Shown here piece by piece: positions 42,491 to 51,993 of a DNA stretch of 64,000 nt; the stretch's first letter is position 1; every line of letters begins with the position of its first letter. A model generated the notes under the pieces. That model had not been told where the DNA came from, ran no database searches, and saw nothing but the letters and a program-made list of their open reading frames with translations. The position numbers and the translations under genes are program-made. The DNA is from Candidatus Poribacteria bacterium. GTDB lineage: Bacteria; Poribacteria; WGA-4E; WGA-3G. The stretch covers positions 4,576,001-4,640,000 of the forward strand of contig OZ244048.1 in assembly GCA_965215265.1 (NCBI GenBank). The letters run 5' to 3'.

Positions 42491-43767
42491 GTGAAATCAA
42501 ACATAAATACAGAGACGAAACCTGGGATTTTCAATCTGCCAATACCAAAGAATATACCCACTGCTTCCATATTTATCCAGCAATAATGATTCCGCAAATC
42601 GCACGAAAACTTCTGAATCGATATGGCGTGAAAGGCGGATGGTTGCTTGATCCGTATTGTGGCACCGGGACCTCGTTAGTTGAGGCTTCTCTCTTTGGCA
42701 TGCACAGCGTTGGCTGCGATATCAATCCCCTCGTGCGGTTGGTAGCTGCTGCTAAGTTGACACCAATCCCCTTAAAGATGCTTGATCAACACTTGACTAA
42801 ACTGAACCATTGCCTGTTTCAGACTGAATTTTCCAACACAATGCCGGCGGATACGCACGTTCCTAATATCAAGAATCTGGAATATTGGTTCTCTACATAC
42901 ACCATTAAATACCTTGCTTTCCTTCGAAGATGGATTCGCGATGTGGAAAATGAGGCAGTTCGGAACTTTATGTGGATTGCCTTCTCGGAAACCGTTCGAG
43001 AGGTTTCCTATACCCGTAACGGTGAATTTAAGTTGTATCGAATGCCTACACATAAACTCGCACATTTTGAGCCGGATGTTTTCGGGATTTTTCGCAAAAA
43101 ACTGAGCAGAAACCGACACGGGCTCGCGGCGTTCCTTCAAAAACGAAAAAATGTTGAAGCGACGATTTCTAACGCGAACACTGCCCACGGCGAAATCCCG
43201 ATGCCGAAACCACCGGGCGGGTATAACGTGGTAATTACATCACCACCGTATGGCGATTCACAAACTACAGTCGCTTATGGGCAATTTTCGAGACTCTCCG
43301 CAGAATGGATAGGATGCCCCAATGCACGAAAAATTCATCGCATCGCAATGGGAGGACATCAAACAGACCAAAAATTGGGGGACTCCCCAGTAGCAGACGC
43401 TATTGAAAAGATTCGTTCTATTGATGAAAAACGGGCACGTCAGGTCTCTGCTTTTTATATAGACCTCAGGAAGAGTATCTGCACGGTTGCGAAGATGCTC
43501 GCTACTAATTCAACAGTCTGCTACGTTGTCGGAAATCGGAAGGTTAAAGGTGTCACATTACCTACAGATGCATTTATCCGTTATGCATTTAACACGCATC
43601 GCTTTGCACATACGGAAACTATTGTCAGGAACATTCCGAGCGCATGCCCAAGAGAAATAGCCCCGCCAACGTCGCACGACAAACAGATACAACGATGCAC
43701 CAGGAACATATTGTCATTTGTGAGAGAACAGGACGCTGTACAGCACAATCTGGGCAACCTTAACTGA
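42487..43767 (+). CDS. N4-cytosine DNA methyltransferase (M.MvaI-like) with a probable frameshift near the C-terminus
   Basis: HIYPA, DPYCGTGT, TSPPY and VVGNR motifs; the expected RMPxxNSPxN tail lies in another frame from 43641. Confidence 0.8.
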   Translation: MSEIKHKYRDETWDFQSANTKEYTHCFHIYPAIMIPQIARKLLNRYGVKGGWLLDPYCGTGTSLVEASLFGMHSVGCDINPLVRLVAAAKLTPIPLKMLDQHLTKLNHCLFQTEFSNTMPADTHVPNIKNLEYWFSTYTIKYLAFLRRWIRDVENEAVRNFMWIAFSETVREVSYTRNGEFKLYRMPTHKLAHFEPDVFGIFRKKLSRNRHGLAAFLQKRKNVEATISNANTAHGEIPMPKPPGGYNVVITSPPYGDSQTTVAYGQFSRLSAEWIGCPNARKIHRIAMGGHQTDQKLGDSPVADAIEKIRSIDEKRARQVSAFYIDLRKSICTVAKMLATNSTVCYVVGNRKVKGVTLPTDAFIRYAFNTHRFAHTETIVRNIPSACPREIAPPTSHDKQIQRCTRNILSFVREQDAVQHNLGNLN

Positions 43768-44072
43768 AGAGGCGTTCATAAATTATTTTTAGTCAAATCA
43801 GCCTATCCGCTTTGAAAGCACGCCCCGATTTCAGGACCGGAGACGTTTCGCAGCTGCCCTAACAAGAGCATTTCCGGATATCCGATAAGGAGATGTAACC
43901 GGCGCTCTGTATTAACCTGGCGACTGTTGCACACAAATCATGGAATGGGCTCCAGAATAACACGAGCCACACCAGAAAAAAAATTGACATCGTTCCCAAC
44001 CATCTGGTAAAATATGTGTAAAAGCATGACGACGCTTCACTATTAGCAAATAGCATAGTAAGGAAAGTTTAA

Positions 44073-44762
44073 ATGGAAGCAAAGATTTTGATCGTTGAAG
44101 ATGAGCGTGACATTGTAGATTTGTTGCGATATAACTTGCGTGATGCAGGCTTCAAAACAGATTACGTGAGGAACGGAGCCGATGCACTGCAACGTGCAGT
44201 TGATGAGCAACCGGACCTCATCTTATTAGATTTGATGCTCCCGGAAGTGGATGGCCTCATCGTGTGCCGCTTGTTGAAAAACGACCCGCGCACCAGACAT
44301 ATCCCTATCGTGATGCTCACCGCTAAAATTGAAGAAAGCGACCGGGTTACCGGGTTGGAACTGGGCGCAGATGATTATATCCCGAAACCTTTTAGTCCCA
44401 GGGAAGTCGTGTTACGGGTTTCCGCTGTGCTCCGACGCCTCAAAGCCGGACAAGAGACAAAAAATACAAATCAAATCAAAACACATGGACTGACTATCGA
44501 TTTTGACAAACATCAGGTGTTAGCTGAAAATGAGACTATCGACCTTACGGCTACCGAATTTAAACTCATCACGATGTTTGCGCGTTCACCTGGACGCGTC
44601 TTTACTCGCGATATTCTCATGGACGTTATCTGGGATCAAGATTATTACGTCATGGACCGGACTATCGATACACACGTCAGCCGCCTTCGACGCAAACTGG
44701 GCACCTTTGGTAAACATATTGAGACGGTACACGGGGTCGGGTATCGGTTTACAGAACAATAA
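44073..44762 (+). CDS. phoB: OmpR/PhoB family response regulator (probable PhoB/PhoP)
   Basis: VEDE, LLDLMLP, KPFSPRE and DRTIDTHVSRLRRK motifs; next to phoU/pst. Confidence 0.75.
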   Translation: MEAKILIVEDERDIVDLLRYNLRDAGFKTDYVRNGADALQRAVDEQPDLILLDLMLPEVDGLIVCRLLKNDPRTRHIPIVMLTAKIEESDRVTGLELGADDYIPKPFSPREVVLRVSAVLRRLKAGQETKNTNQIKTHGLTIDFDKHQVLAENETIDLTATEFKLITMFARSPGRVFTRDILMDVIWDQDYYVMDRTIDTHVSRLRRKLGTFGKHIETVHGVGYRFTEQ

Positions 44763-44897
44763 AGCGGTGTGACTTGGGGGCTCCCTAAAATTTGCAATGC
44801 CCGCTCTTATCTGTTATATTGGTTATATGCGAACACGCGGTTTAACGCAAGTTCTATGGTCGCGATGTCCGCTCTGTTTAACCAAGATTTTTTTCGA

Positions 44898-45019
44898 AAA
44901 GGAACATAGATGAAGATGAAAATGAGTTTGGGAGCTGCAACGGCTACCCGTTTGATTCAGAAAGGAACACAGATGAAGATGAAAATGAGTTTGGGAGCTG
45001 CAACGGCTACCTGTTTGAT
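44898..45019 (+). repeat. Tandem duplication (period 63 bp) of RBS + start + first codons
   Basis: AAAGGAACA(T/C)AGATGAAGATGAAAATGAGTTTGGGAGCTGCAACGGCTACC occurs twice. Confidence 0.85.
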
Positions 45020-45437
45020 GCTGATACTGTCAGTCTGCAGTGCACCTTTTATTGCTCACGCGCAACAGCACTCCGTCATGACTGATGCGAAAACCGCAGC
45101 CGAGCACGATGCAGAAGCCGATGTCAATAAACTTTTATGGTTTGGGGCAGGCACCCTGCTTTCCAGCATTGCACTGTTTGACTCGGGCTGTCTCGTCTCT
45201 ACAGCGGGGTTGGGCGGTTCATATCTCTATCAGCCTTCACCCCCCTCGGATCGGTTTCTAGGAAAATCGCCGGAGTACGTCGCTATCTATACAACAGCCT
45301 ACAAATCCAGAGTTGGGAGCCTACAGCTCCGTTGGGCAGCAGCAGGATGTGCTGGCGGCGGTCTGATAATTTTTGGCCTCATCCAATCTACTTTTTCAGT
45401 CGGATTCCAGGCATCGATTTCATTGGGGCTGCTGTAG
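44910..45437 (+). CDS. Hypothetical secreted or membrane protein (alternative start at 44973)
   Basis: Signal peptide ending AHA and two hydrophobic segments; duplicated N-terminus. Confidence 0.6.
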   Translation: MKMKMSLGAATATRLIQKGTQMKMKMSLGAATATCLMLILSVCSAPFIAHAQQHSVMTDAKTAAEHDAEADVNKLLWFGAGTLLSSIALFDSGCLVSTAGLGGSYLYQPSPPSDRFLGKSPEYVAIYTTAYKSRVGSLQLRWAAAGCAGGGLIIFGLIQSTFSVGFQASISLGLL

Positions 45438-45466
45438 AAACCTCTATTTTGAGACCTGACTTCTTT

Positions 45467-46120
45467 TCACAGAGACGAATGTTGGTGTCGGATAACATTA
45501 CCTTCTACGAGGTAAAACACCTCTTCTCCGATATTCGCGGCTAAATCCCCTATCCGCTCTAAATGCCGGAAGAGGAGCAAAACGCTAATGCCGGGCGAAA
45601 TAAGTTTTGGGTGTTCCGCTAAAATGTCTAGGATTTCCCGTAATACCCGTTCATAGATAGCATCAATCTTACTGTCGCGGGCACGGATTTTTTGTGCCAG
45701 TTCGGCGTTACGATTAACAAAAGCATCTATCGCGTCTTTGACTAACTCCAAGATGAGCTCCGAAACATAAGGCAGATCCACGAACGGCTTAAAGGGTGGA
45801 TATTCCAATAATTCCAGGCTCCGTTTTGCGATAGTAACACTTTTGTCGGCGATTCTCTCAATGTTTCGCGAAATCTTCATCGCCGAAGTCAGAAACCGTA
45901 ACTCAAACGCGACAGGTTGATGCAGAGCAATCAGTTGGATACACGCGGATTCGATCCGGTTTTCAAAAAGGTCAACGGTATCATCTGTTGCAATAACTGC
46001 ACGCGCTAAGACTTCATCGCGCGTTAACACCGATTGTACCGCTTGGTGTAGCATGCGCTCTGTAATGCCCGCCATCTCTAAAAGTTGATGCTGCAGCACC
46101 TTAAGTTCCATTTCCAACAT
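45467..46120 (-). CDS. phoU: Phosphate signalling complex protein PhoU
   Basis: HQPVAFELR, IERIAD and LERIGDLAANI motifs. Confidence 0.92.
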   Translation of the reverse strand: MLEMELKVLQHQLLEMAGITERMLHQAVQSVLTRDEVLARAVIATDDTVDLFENRIESACIQLIALHQPVAFELRFLTSAMKISRNIERIADKSVTIAKRSLELLEYPPFKPFVDLPYVSELILELVKDAIDAFVNRNAELAQKIRARDSKIDAIYERVLREILDILAEHPKLISPGISVLLLFRHLERIGDLAANIGEEVFYLVEGNVIRHQHSSL

Positions 46121-46195
46121 TTTTAGTCTTATGTACCTGGGTTTGTGTTATCTACGTGTCTGCAGAGCAATAGCCCCCGGTTAGTTTTCGCATGA

Positions 46196-46969
46196 TTATC
46201 CCAGTCTTCCGGTAACATACTGTTCAGTTCTTTCATCTCGCGGATTCGTAAAAATCTTTTTCGTTGCATCAAATTCGATTAATTCACCAGCATAGAGGAG
46301 GCCAGCAAAATCAGAGACACGTGCCGCTTGTCGTCTTTTACTTGTAACAAAAATCAGCGTGTACTGCTTTTTCAGATTCCGGATGAGTGCCTCAACTTTA
46401 GCGGTTTCCATCGGGTCCAATTCGCGGCACGGTTCATCAAAAATCAATACTTCAGGATTGCTGGCGAGTGCACGAGCAATACAGAGGCGCTGCTGCTGCC
46501 CAATAGTGAGTAGTGCCGGCGTTTTGTCCAAAATGCATGAGACTTCATCCCACAGCGCGGCAGCTCTGAGGCTTTTCTCTACAATTGCATCAAGCTCTCC
46601 TGACTGGGTTATACTAGAAATCCGTGGACCGTACGCAACATTCTGGTAAATAGATTGCCGGAACGGAATCGGTTTGTCGAACACCATCCCAATTTGCCTG
46701 CGAATCTGCGTTGCGTCCAAGCTTGATGCATAAAGGTTTTGATCCTTAAAAAGAATTTCGCCTGTGAGTTTGAAGTTAGATGTGAAGTCATTTAACCGAT
46801 TGAGGCATCGTACCAGGGTACTCTTACCGGAATTAGATGGCCCGATGAGTGCTGTCACCTGCTGAGACTTTACGTCAAAAGATGAGTCGCGTAGAATCTG
46901 TCTATTGCCGTACCAGACGTTTAGATTACGTATCTTTAACACAGATGCGTCTTTTAATAATGCACCCAT
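46196..46969 (-). CDS. pstB: Phosphate ABC transporter ATP-binding protein, divergent paralogue 3
   Basis: GPSNSGKST, LRAAALWDEV and YVTGRLG motifs; degenerate signature LTIGQ and H-loop replaced (VTSK). Confidence 0.75.
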   Translation of the reverse strand: MGALLKDASVLKIRNLNVWYGNRQILRDSSFDVKSQQVTALIGPSNSGKSTLVRCLNRLNDFTSNFKLTGEILFKDQNLYASSLDATQIRRQIGMVFDKPIPFRQSIYQNVAYGPRISSITQSGELDAIVEKSLRAAALWDEVSCILDKTPALLTIGQQQRLCIARALASNPEVLIFDEPCRELDPMETAKVEALIRNLKKQYTLIFVTSKRRQAARVSDFAGLLYAGELIEFDATKKIFTNPRDERTEQYVTGRLG

Positions 46970-46990
46970 AAAAAACTCCGGATTTTGTGC

Positions 46991-47605
46991 TTAGGCGAAA
47001 CGTTTCTGTGAATGCCGTTCAAGCATATTGGCTGTGCAGCTAAAGAACAGTGCGCCACCTAAAGAGAACCCAATTTCAATCCTGGGTGTATTAAATACAC
47101 TCGTCGCAACTATCGGTATGATAGTTTGAATACCAATAAGCATTCCTGCAACAGCTAGGGCACGTGAAACTGCACGGCACATTCCAGCCAAGATCGAGGG
47201 ACAAGCCAACGGTAAAATGTGGTTCCTTAACACTTGCCACCTGTTGGATCCGAGTACATACGCCGCTTCGCGCAACGGTGTGTCAATCCTCTGAATCCCT
47301 TGTTGCGTTGACTGAATCGCGACAGGCATGACTATTAAAACAAATGTGAGCGCACTCGTGCTGAAGCGCACGCCGCCTTCTCTAAAGATGAAAACCTCTA
47401 CCCCCAAAAATCCGTATAAAATTGAGGGGATGCCGGCTAATATAGCAACCGTGCCTTCAACCGCGCGACGCACCCAGTTCGTTTTCGGAAGCCACTCTTC
47501 CATATAAACCCCGGCGAGCCCACCTATGAAGAGGGAGAAAAGCACGACTGGAAACATAAGATAGAGATTTGCTATCAAGCCCGAAAAACTGGATGATGCT
47601 TCCAT
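46991..47605 (-). CDS. Short PstA-like ABC permease
   Basis: LAGIPSILYG and REAAYVLG (EAA loop) motifs; only 204 aa. Confidence 0.65.
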   Translation of the reverse strand: MEASSSFSGLIANLYLMFPVVLFSLFIGGLAGVYMEEWLPKTNWVRRAVEGTVAILAGIPSILYGFLGVEVFIFREGGVRFSTSALTFVLIVMPVAIQSTQQGIQRIDTPLREAAYVLGSNRWQVLRNHILPLACPSILAGMCRAVSRALAVAGMLIGIQTIIPIVATSVFNTPRIEIGFSLGGALFFSCTANMLERHSQKRFA

Positions 47606-47635
47606 TGTAATTCCTACGCGTTTTTCAGTACGAGC

Positions 47636-48409
47636 TTACCCGTACCGCATTTGGACATAATCTGCAGTCTTCGAATTCTGCGGTGTTTGAAACAGTGCCT
47701 GCGTTTCTCTATGCTCAATCAGTTCTCCCAAGAACATGAAAATACACTCATCGCTCACGCGGCGTGCTTGTGCCATGTTATGCGTCACGATGACGAAAGT
47801 GTATTCTCCGGCAAGTATTTCCATCAATTCTTCAATAGCCTGGGTGCCTTTTGTATCCAGGGCAGAGCACGGCTCATCCATGAGAATAATCTTCGGTTTG
47901 AGCGGCAAGAGTCGTGCAATACAGAGCTTCTGCTGTTGTTCAAGTTGTAGTGAGGTTGCACGTACCTTTAACTTATCCTTCAAATCATCCCAAAGAAGAA
48001 CCGAGGCGAGAGATTCTTCAACAATAGCATCTGCTGCTGCTCGCGACAGGTGCCACAGCGGTGAATGTATCCGCAATCCGAATAGGATGTTTTCATAAAC
48101 CGAAATTGGTAACGGATTCGGTCTTTGGAATACCATGCCGACGGTCTTTCTCAATTCCGGTAAAGCGACATCCACATCGTAAATATTCTTGCCTAATACT
48201 GTAATTTCACCTTTTGTGGTAACATTACCATATCGTTCATTAGCTCGATTGAAACAACGGAGCAACGTGGTTTTCCCACAGCCGGAGGGACCAATAAGCG
48301 CAGTTATTTGGCCCTCCACTATTTTTACATTGACATTGATGAGTGCCTGAAAATCCCCATACCAGAGACTGAGCGCTTTGGTTTCAATGCTGTAGTTTTT
48401 AGTTTCCAT
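47636..48409 (-). CDS. pstB: Phosphate ABC transporter ATP-binding protein, paralogue 2
   Basis: GPSGCGKT, DEPCSALD and VTHNMAQA motifs; signature degenerate (LQLEQ). Confidence 0.85.
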   Translation of the reverse strand: METKNYSIETKALSLWYGDFQALINVNVKIVEGQITALIGPSGCGKTTLLRCFNRANERYGNVTTKGEITVLGKNIYDVDVALPELRKTVGMVFQRPNPLPISVYENILFGLRIHSPLWHLSRAAADAIVEESLASVLLWDDLKDKLKVRATSLQLEQQQKLCIARLLPLKPKIILMDEPCSALDTKGTQAIEELMEILAGEYTFVIVTHNMAQARRVSDECIFMFLGELIEHRETQALFQTPQNSKTADYVQMRYG

Positions 48410-48507
48410 ATGCTACTATATCCTGAAATGTCTGCCAAAACCCGGATGCAAGAGAGACACAGTCTACGTTATTCTGTATGAACCCTGGCTTCGTGCTAAT
48501 TTACTTT

Positions 48508-49266
48508 TTATCCGAAGTTCCCGTTGACATAGTCGTAGGTGGATTGATTCGCCGGGGTTTCAGAGAAAATCACCTCAGTTTTGTCAATTTCAACAAGCTC
48601 CCCATTGAGAAAAAAAGCGGTTCGGTCGGCAAGTCGTTTTGCCTGTTGGACGAGATTGGTGACAAGCAGTATTGTCATATCAGCACTGAGGGTTTTCAGG
48701 ACCGATTCAATCCGCATCGTTGTAACCGGATCGACAGCGATAGAAAATTCATCAAGGCAGAGAATTTCCGGCTGATGTGAGAGTGCCCTTGCAATGGTTA
48801 ATCGCTGTTGTTGGCCTCCTGACAGTTTGGTTCCGAGCGTATGTAACCGATCTTTTACTTCATCCCACAAAGCAGCTTGTTGAAGACATCGCTCAACGAT
48901 ACCATCTAATTCTGACTTTTTGGACAGCCCCGTTGTCCGCGGTGCAAAAGCGACGTTGTCATAGATGGATAGCGGCAATCCGACTGGCAAGGGTAGCACC
49001 ATGCCGATGCGTCGACGCAATGCATAGACATCTCGAATGGTGCTAACATCTACGCCCTCCAGTTTTACTGTGCCTTCAAAAGTCGTGCCAGACGTGAATT
49101 CAAGCGTTCTGTTAATCACCTTCAGCAACGTTGTTTTGCCTGATTGCGCAGGTCCGATGATGCCGAGAATTTCGTTTTCGTAGACATCAAAGGAAATTCT
49201 ATTGAGGGCACGTTTCGTGCCGTAGTCGACGCTGAGTTCCGATACCTCAATTTTCTTTGTCTGCAT
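48508..49266 (-). CDS. pstB: Phosphate ABC transporter ATP-binding protein, paralogue 1
   Basis: GPAQSGKT, LSGGQQQR and DEFSIAVD motifs; H-loop replaced (VTNL). Confidence 0.85.
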   Translation of the reverse strand: MQTKKIEVSELSVDYGTKRALNRISFDVYENEILGIIGPAQSGKTTLLKVINRTLEFTSGTTFEGTVKLEGVDVSTIRDVYALRRRIGMVLPLPVGLPLSIYDNVAFAPRTTGLSKKSELDGIVERCLQQAALWDEVKDRLHTLGTKLSGGQQQRLTIARALSHQPEILCLDEFSIAVDPVTTMRIESVLKTLSADMTILLVTNLVQQAKRLADRTAFFLNGELVEIDKTEVIFSETPANQSTYDYVNGNFG

Positions 49267-50023
49267 TTTGTGGCGTTGCCTCGTGCTGTTTGTAAGCAGT
49301 CGGATCGTTATCCGGCGCATCTGTTTCCTCTGATCCTCGCCGTTCTGAGCGTGCCTCTGTCAAGACAGAGGCTAACAATCCGGAAGGGATTGCGATAAGC
49401 CCAACACCGATTAGCGTTACGAGTGCTGTAAAAATTTTTCCACCGGTCGTGATTGGATGAACATCGCCGTAGCCCACCGTGGTTAACGTCACGATTGCCC
49501 ACCACATTGCATCAAAAATCGTCCCAAAGTCTTCCGGTTGGGCCTCTTTTTCAAAATAATAAATGCCGCACGCAGCGAGATAGACTAACATTAACGATAG
49601 AAAAGCAAGCGCGAACAGCTCTCTTTTCACTTCGTTTAACGCCTCTGTCAGCCGGTCAACTGCAAGGATAAATCGCGTCGCCTTAAAAACTCTGAAAATC
49701 CGAAGAAATCTGAAGATACGAAGAACCCGGAAACCTGTTAACTGAAACAACGTCGGTAAAATCGCAAGCAAATCAATGATGCCAAAGAAACTAAAAATGA
49801 AAGCACGTCTTTTCGGCGCAGCGTAAATCCGAAGGATATACTCCACAGAAAACACCGCGAAAAAAGCATAGTCGACTATCAAAAAATGCGTCGCGTACGG
49901 GTCATTCTCCGGCCTACCTGACTCTAAGGCAAAGGCAATCGCAGCTGCAAGAATCAGGAACTGGATGACGAGCGTGAAAACCCGCCCTTCTATCAAAATT
50001 CTTAATTTTTCTCTGCTTTCCAT
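49247..50023 (-). CDS. Voltage-gated potassium channel (Ion_trans family)
   Basis: S4 segment RVLRIFRFLRIFRVFK and TVGYGD selectivity filter. Confidence 0.9.
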   Translation of the reverse strand: MESREKLRILIEGRVFTLVIQFLILAAAIAFALESGRPENDPYATHFLIVDYAFFAVFSVEYILRIYAAPKRRAFIFSFFGIIDLLAILPTLFQLTGFRVLRIFRFLRIFRVFKATRFILAVDRLTEALNEVKRELFALAFLSLMLVYLAACGIYYFEKEAQPEDFGTIFDAMWWAIVTLTTVGYGDVHPITTGGKIFTALVTLIGVGLIAIPSGLLASVLTEARSERRGSEETDAPDNDPTAYKQHEATPQNADKEN

Positions 50024-50092
50024 ATACTAATCCGAATAACCGTGGCAATAAGGTTCTTTACACTAAAATCCATTTGAACCCAGAGCGCTACT

Positions 50093-51010
50093 TCACCACT
50101 TTTTTCGGGTGCGAAGGTATACCCGCAAGACAATCGCGGCGGCGTTAACGAGCAGCACACTTCCTACCAGCACAATCGCCGTACCGTAAGGGATGCCCTC
50201 GGCTACGTCCGGAACTTGGGTTGAAATTGTAAAAAGATGCAACGATAAGGCCATACACTGGTCTATTATATTGTAAGCGAAAACGTCTCCTTCTGCAATA
50301 GCTTTATAGAAAACCGCACCGGTAAACATAATAGGAGCCGTTTCACCGGCGGCACGCGAAACTTGCAAAATCACACCTGTTAAAATTCCGCTGATTGAAT
50401 TCGGTAACACAATCCGACGAATCGTTTGCCAGCGTGTAGCGCCGAGATTCCAACATGCCTCACGAAACGCCATAGGTACAGCATTGAGCGCCTCTGTCGT
50501 ACTTGCAATGATAACAGGAAGCGTCATAATTGCAAGCGTGAGGGATGCCGCTAAAATAGATTCGTCTAAACCAGCAAATAGGACAAAGGCACCAACGCCA
50601 AACAACGCATGCACAATGCTCGGTACGCCCGCGAGATTCACGACTGCAAGATTAACAATACGGGTAAACCAATTTTCACGTGCGTACTCATTCAGATATA
50701 CAGCTGCAAATACGCCAATCGGCGCAGACACTAATAAGGAGACTACCACTAAATAGATTGTACCGAGAAACGGGGCCCACAGACCCCCTGCACGCATATT
50801 ATCTTTCGGATTCGTAAATAGAAATTCCCAAGAGAGCACCGGGAGTGCCTTATACAAAAGGTAGCCGATAATGAGCAACAGCGGCAGAATCATAAAGGAG
50901 GTCATGATAAAAAAGAAAATCCTCACCACGGTTTCTGTCCATCGCTTCCGTCTTCCAATCTCGGTTTCTGTAAACATTGATCCGGAACGGGTTTCTAAAT
51001 TCTTATTCAT
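50093..51010 (-). CDS. pstA: Phosphate ABC transporter permease PstA
   Basis: NLAGVPSIV and RAAGETAP motifs. Confidence 0.92.
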   Translation of the reverse strand: MNKNLETRSGSMFTETEIGRRKRWTETVVRIFFFIMTSFMILPLLLIIGYLLYKALPVLSWEFLFTNPKDNMRAGGLWAPFLGTIYLVVVSLLVSAPIGVFAAVYLNEYARENWFTRIVNLAVVNLAGVPSIVHALFGVGAFVLFAGLDESILAASLTLAIMTLPVIIASTTEALNAVPMAFREACWNLGATRWQTIRRIVLPNSISGILTGVILQVSRAAGETAPIMFTGAVFYKAIAEGDVFAYNIIDQCMALSLHLFTISTQVPDVAEGIPYGTAIVLVGSVLLVNAAAIVLRVYLRTRKKW

Positions 51011-51028
51011 ATTTCCTCTAAGCGTGTC

Positions 51029-51982
51029 TTAACTTTGCCGTATGCCTTTGATGACCAGGTCTGCTATGAGGTTAACCATAAATGTAAGCGTAAAGAGCAG
51101 GATGCCAATGATAAAAAGCACCTGATAGTGTTCGCTGCCTCTCGCAACTTCCCCCAATTCTGCAGCGATAGTTGCTGTGAGGGTGCGGATCCAAGCTAAA
51201 GGGCCATCCGGAATATTAACCGAGTGCCCGGTTGCCATCAGCACCGCCATAGTTTCGCCAATAGAACGTGCTGCGCCGAGTAAGACTGCCGCCAATAGCC
51301 CATTTTTCGCAGCCGGTAATAGGACACGGTAAATCATTTGCCAACGCGTCGCACCGAGTGCCTCAGCGGCTTCCCGGTAAGAATCCGGCACTGCTTTCAA
51401 CGCATCTTCTGCAATAGAGACAATGATCGGGACACTCATCAACGCGAGCATAATGCCACCATTTAGCATCGTTAAACCGATCGGCGCGTTAAATACAGCT
51501 ATAATGAGTTGATTCATCAGCGTTAACCCGATGAAACCCCAGACGACAGAAGGAATCGCAGCAAGTAACTCTATAATAACTTTGAAGGTTTCTCGCAATT
51601 TCGCACTGCAGAACTCCGATACAAAGATTGCAGCGCCAAGCCCAAATGGAACAGCCAGAAACATCGCTAACGCTGTCACACTAAAAGTGCCCAAGATCAG
51701 CGCCAAGGTACCGTACCTTTTATTATTCAATGAGGTAGGATACCATTCCGGGCTCGTAAGAAACTCACCGAGCTCTAAACCACCGAAAAGGAACCCTGCC
51801 CCTTCACGGAACACGAAGAAAAAAATTCCGAACACGAAAAGGATCGAACTGATACCGCATAAACGGATAAACAGTTCAATTACCAACTCTGATATTTTTC
51901 GTAGAATGCTCATTTTTTTAGATGATTGTGAATACAAATTCATTGTAGCAGCATCAGATATTTCTTGTTCTGAGCAATACAA
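51029..51982 (-). CDS. pstC: Phosphate ABC transporter permease PstC
   Basis: ELLAAIPSVVWG and RSIGETMAV motifs. Confidence 0.92.
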   Translation of the reverse strand: MYCSEQEISDAATMNLYSQSSKKMSILRKISELVIELFIRLCGISSILFVFGIFFFVFREGAGFLFGGLELGEFLTSPEWYPTSLNNKRYGTLALILGTFSVTALAMFLAVPFGLGAAIFVSEFCSAKLRETFKVIIELLAAIPSVVWGFIGLTLMNQLIIAVFNAPIGLTMLNGGIMLALMSVPIIVSIAEDALKAVPDSYREAAEALGATRWQMIYRVLLPAAKNGLLAAVLLGAARSIGETMAVLMATGHSVNIPDGPLAWIRTLTATIAAELGEVARGSEHYQVLFIIGILLFTLTFMVNLIADLVIKGIRQS

Positions 51983-51993
51983 AAAATCTGTCC

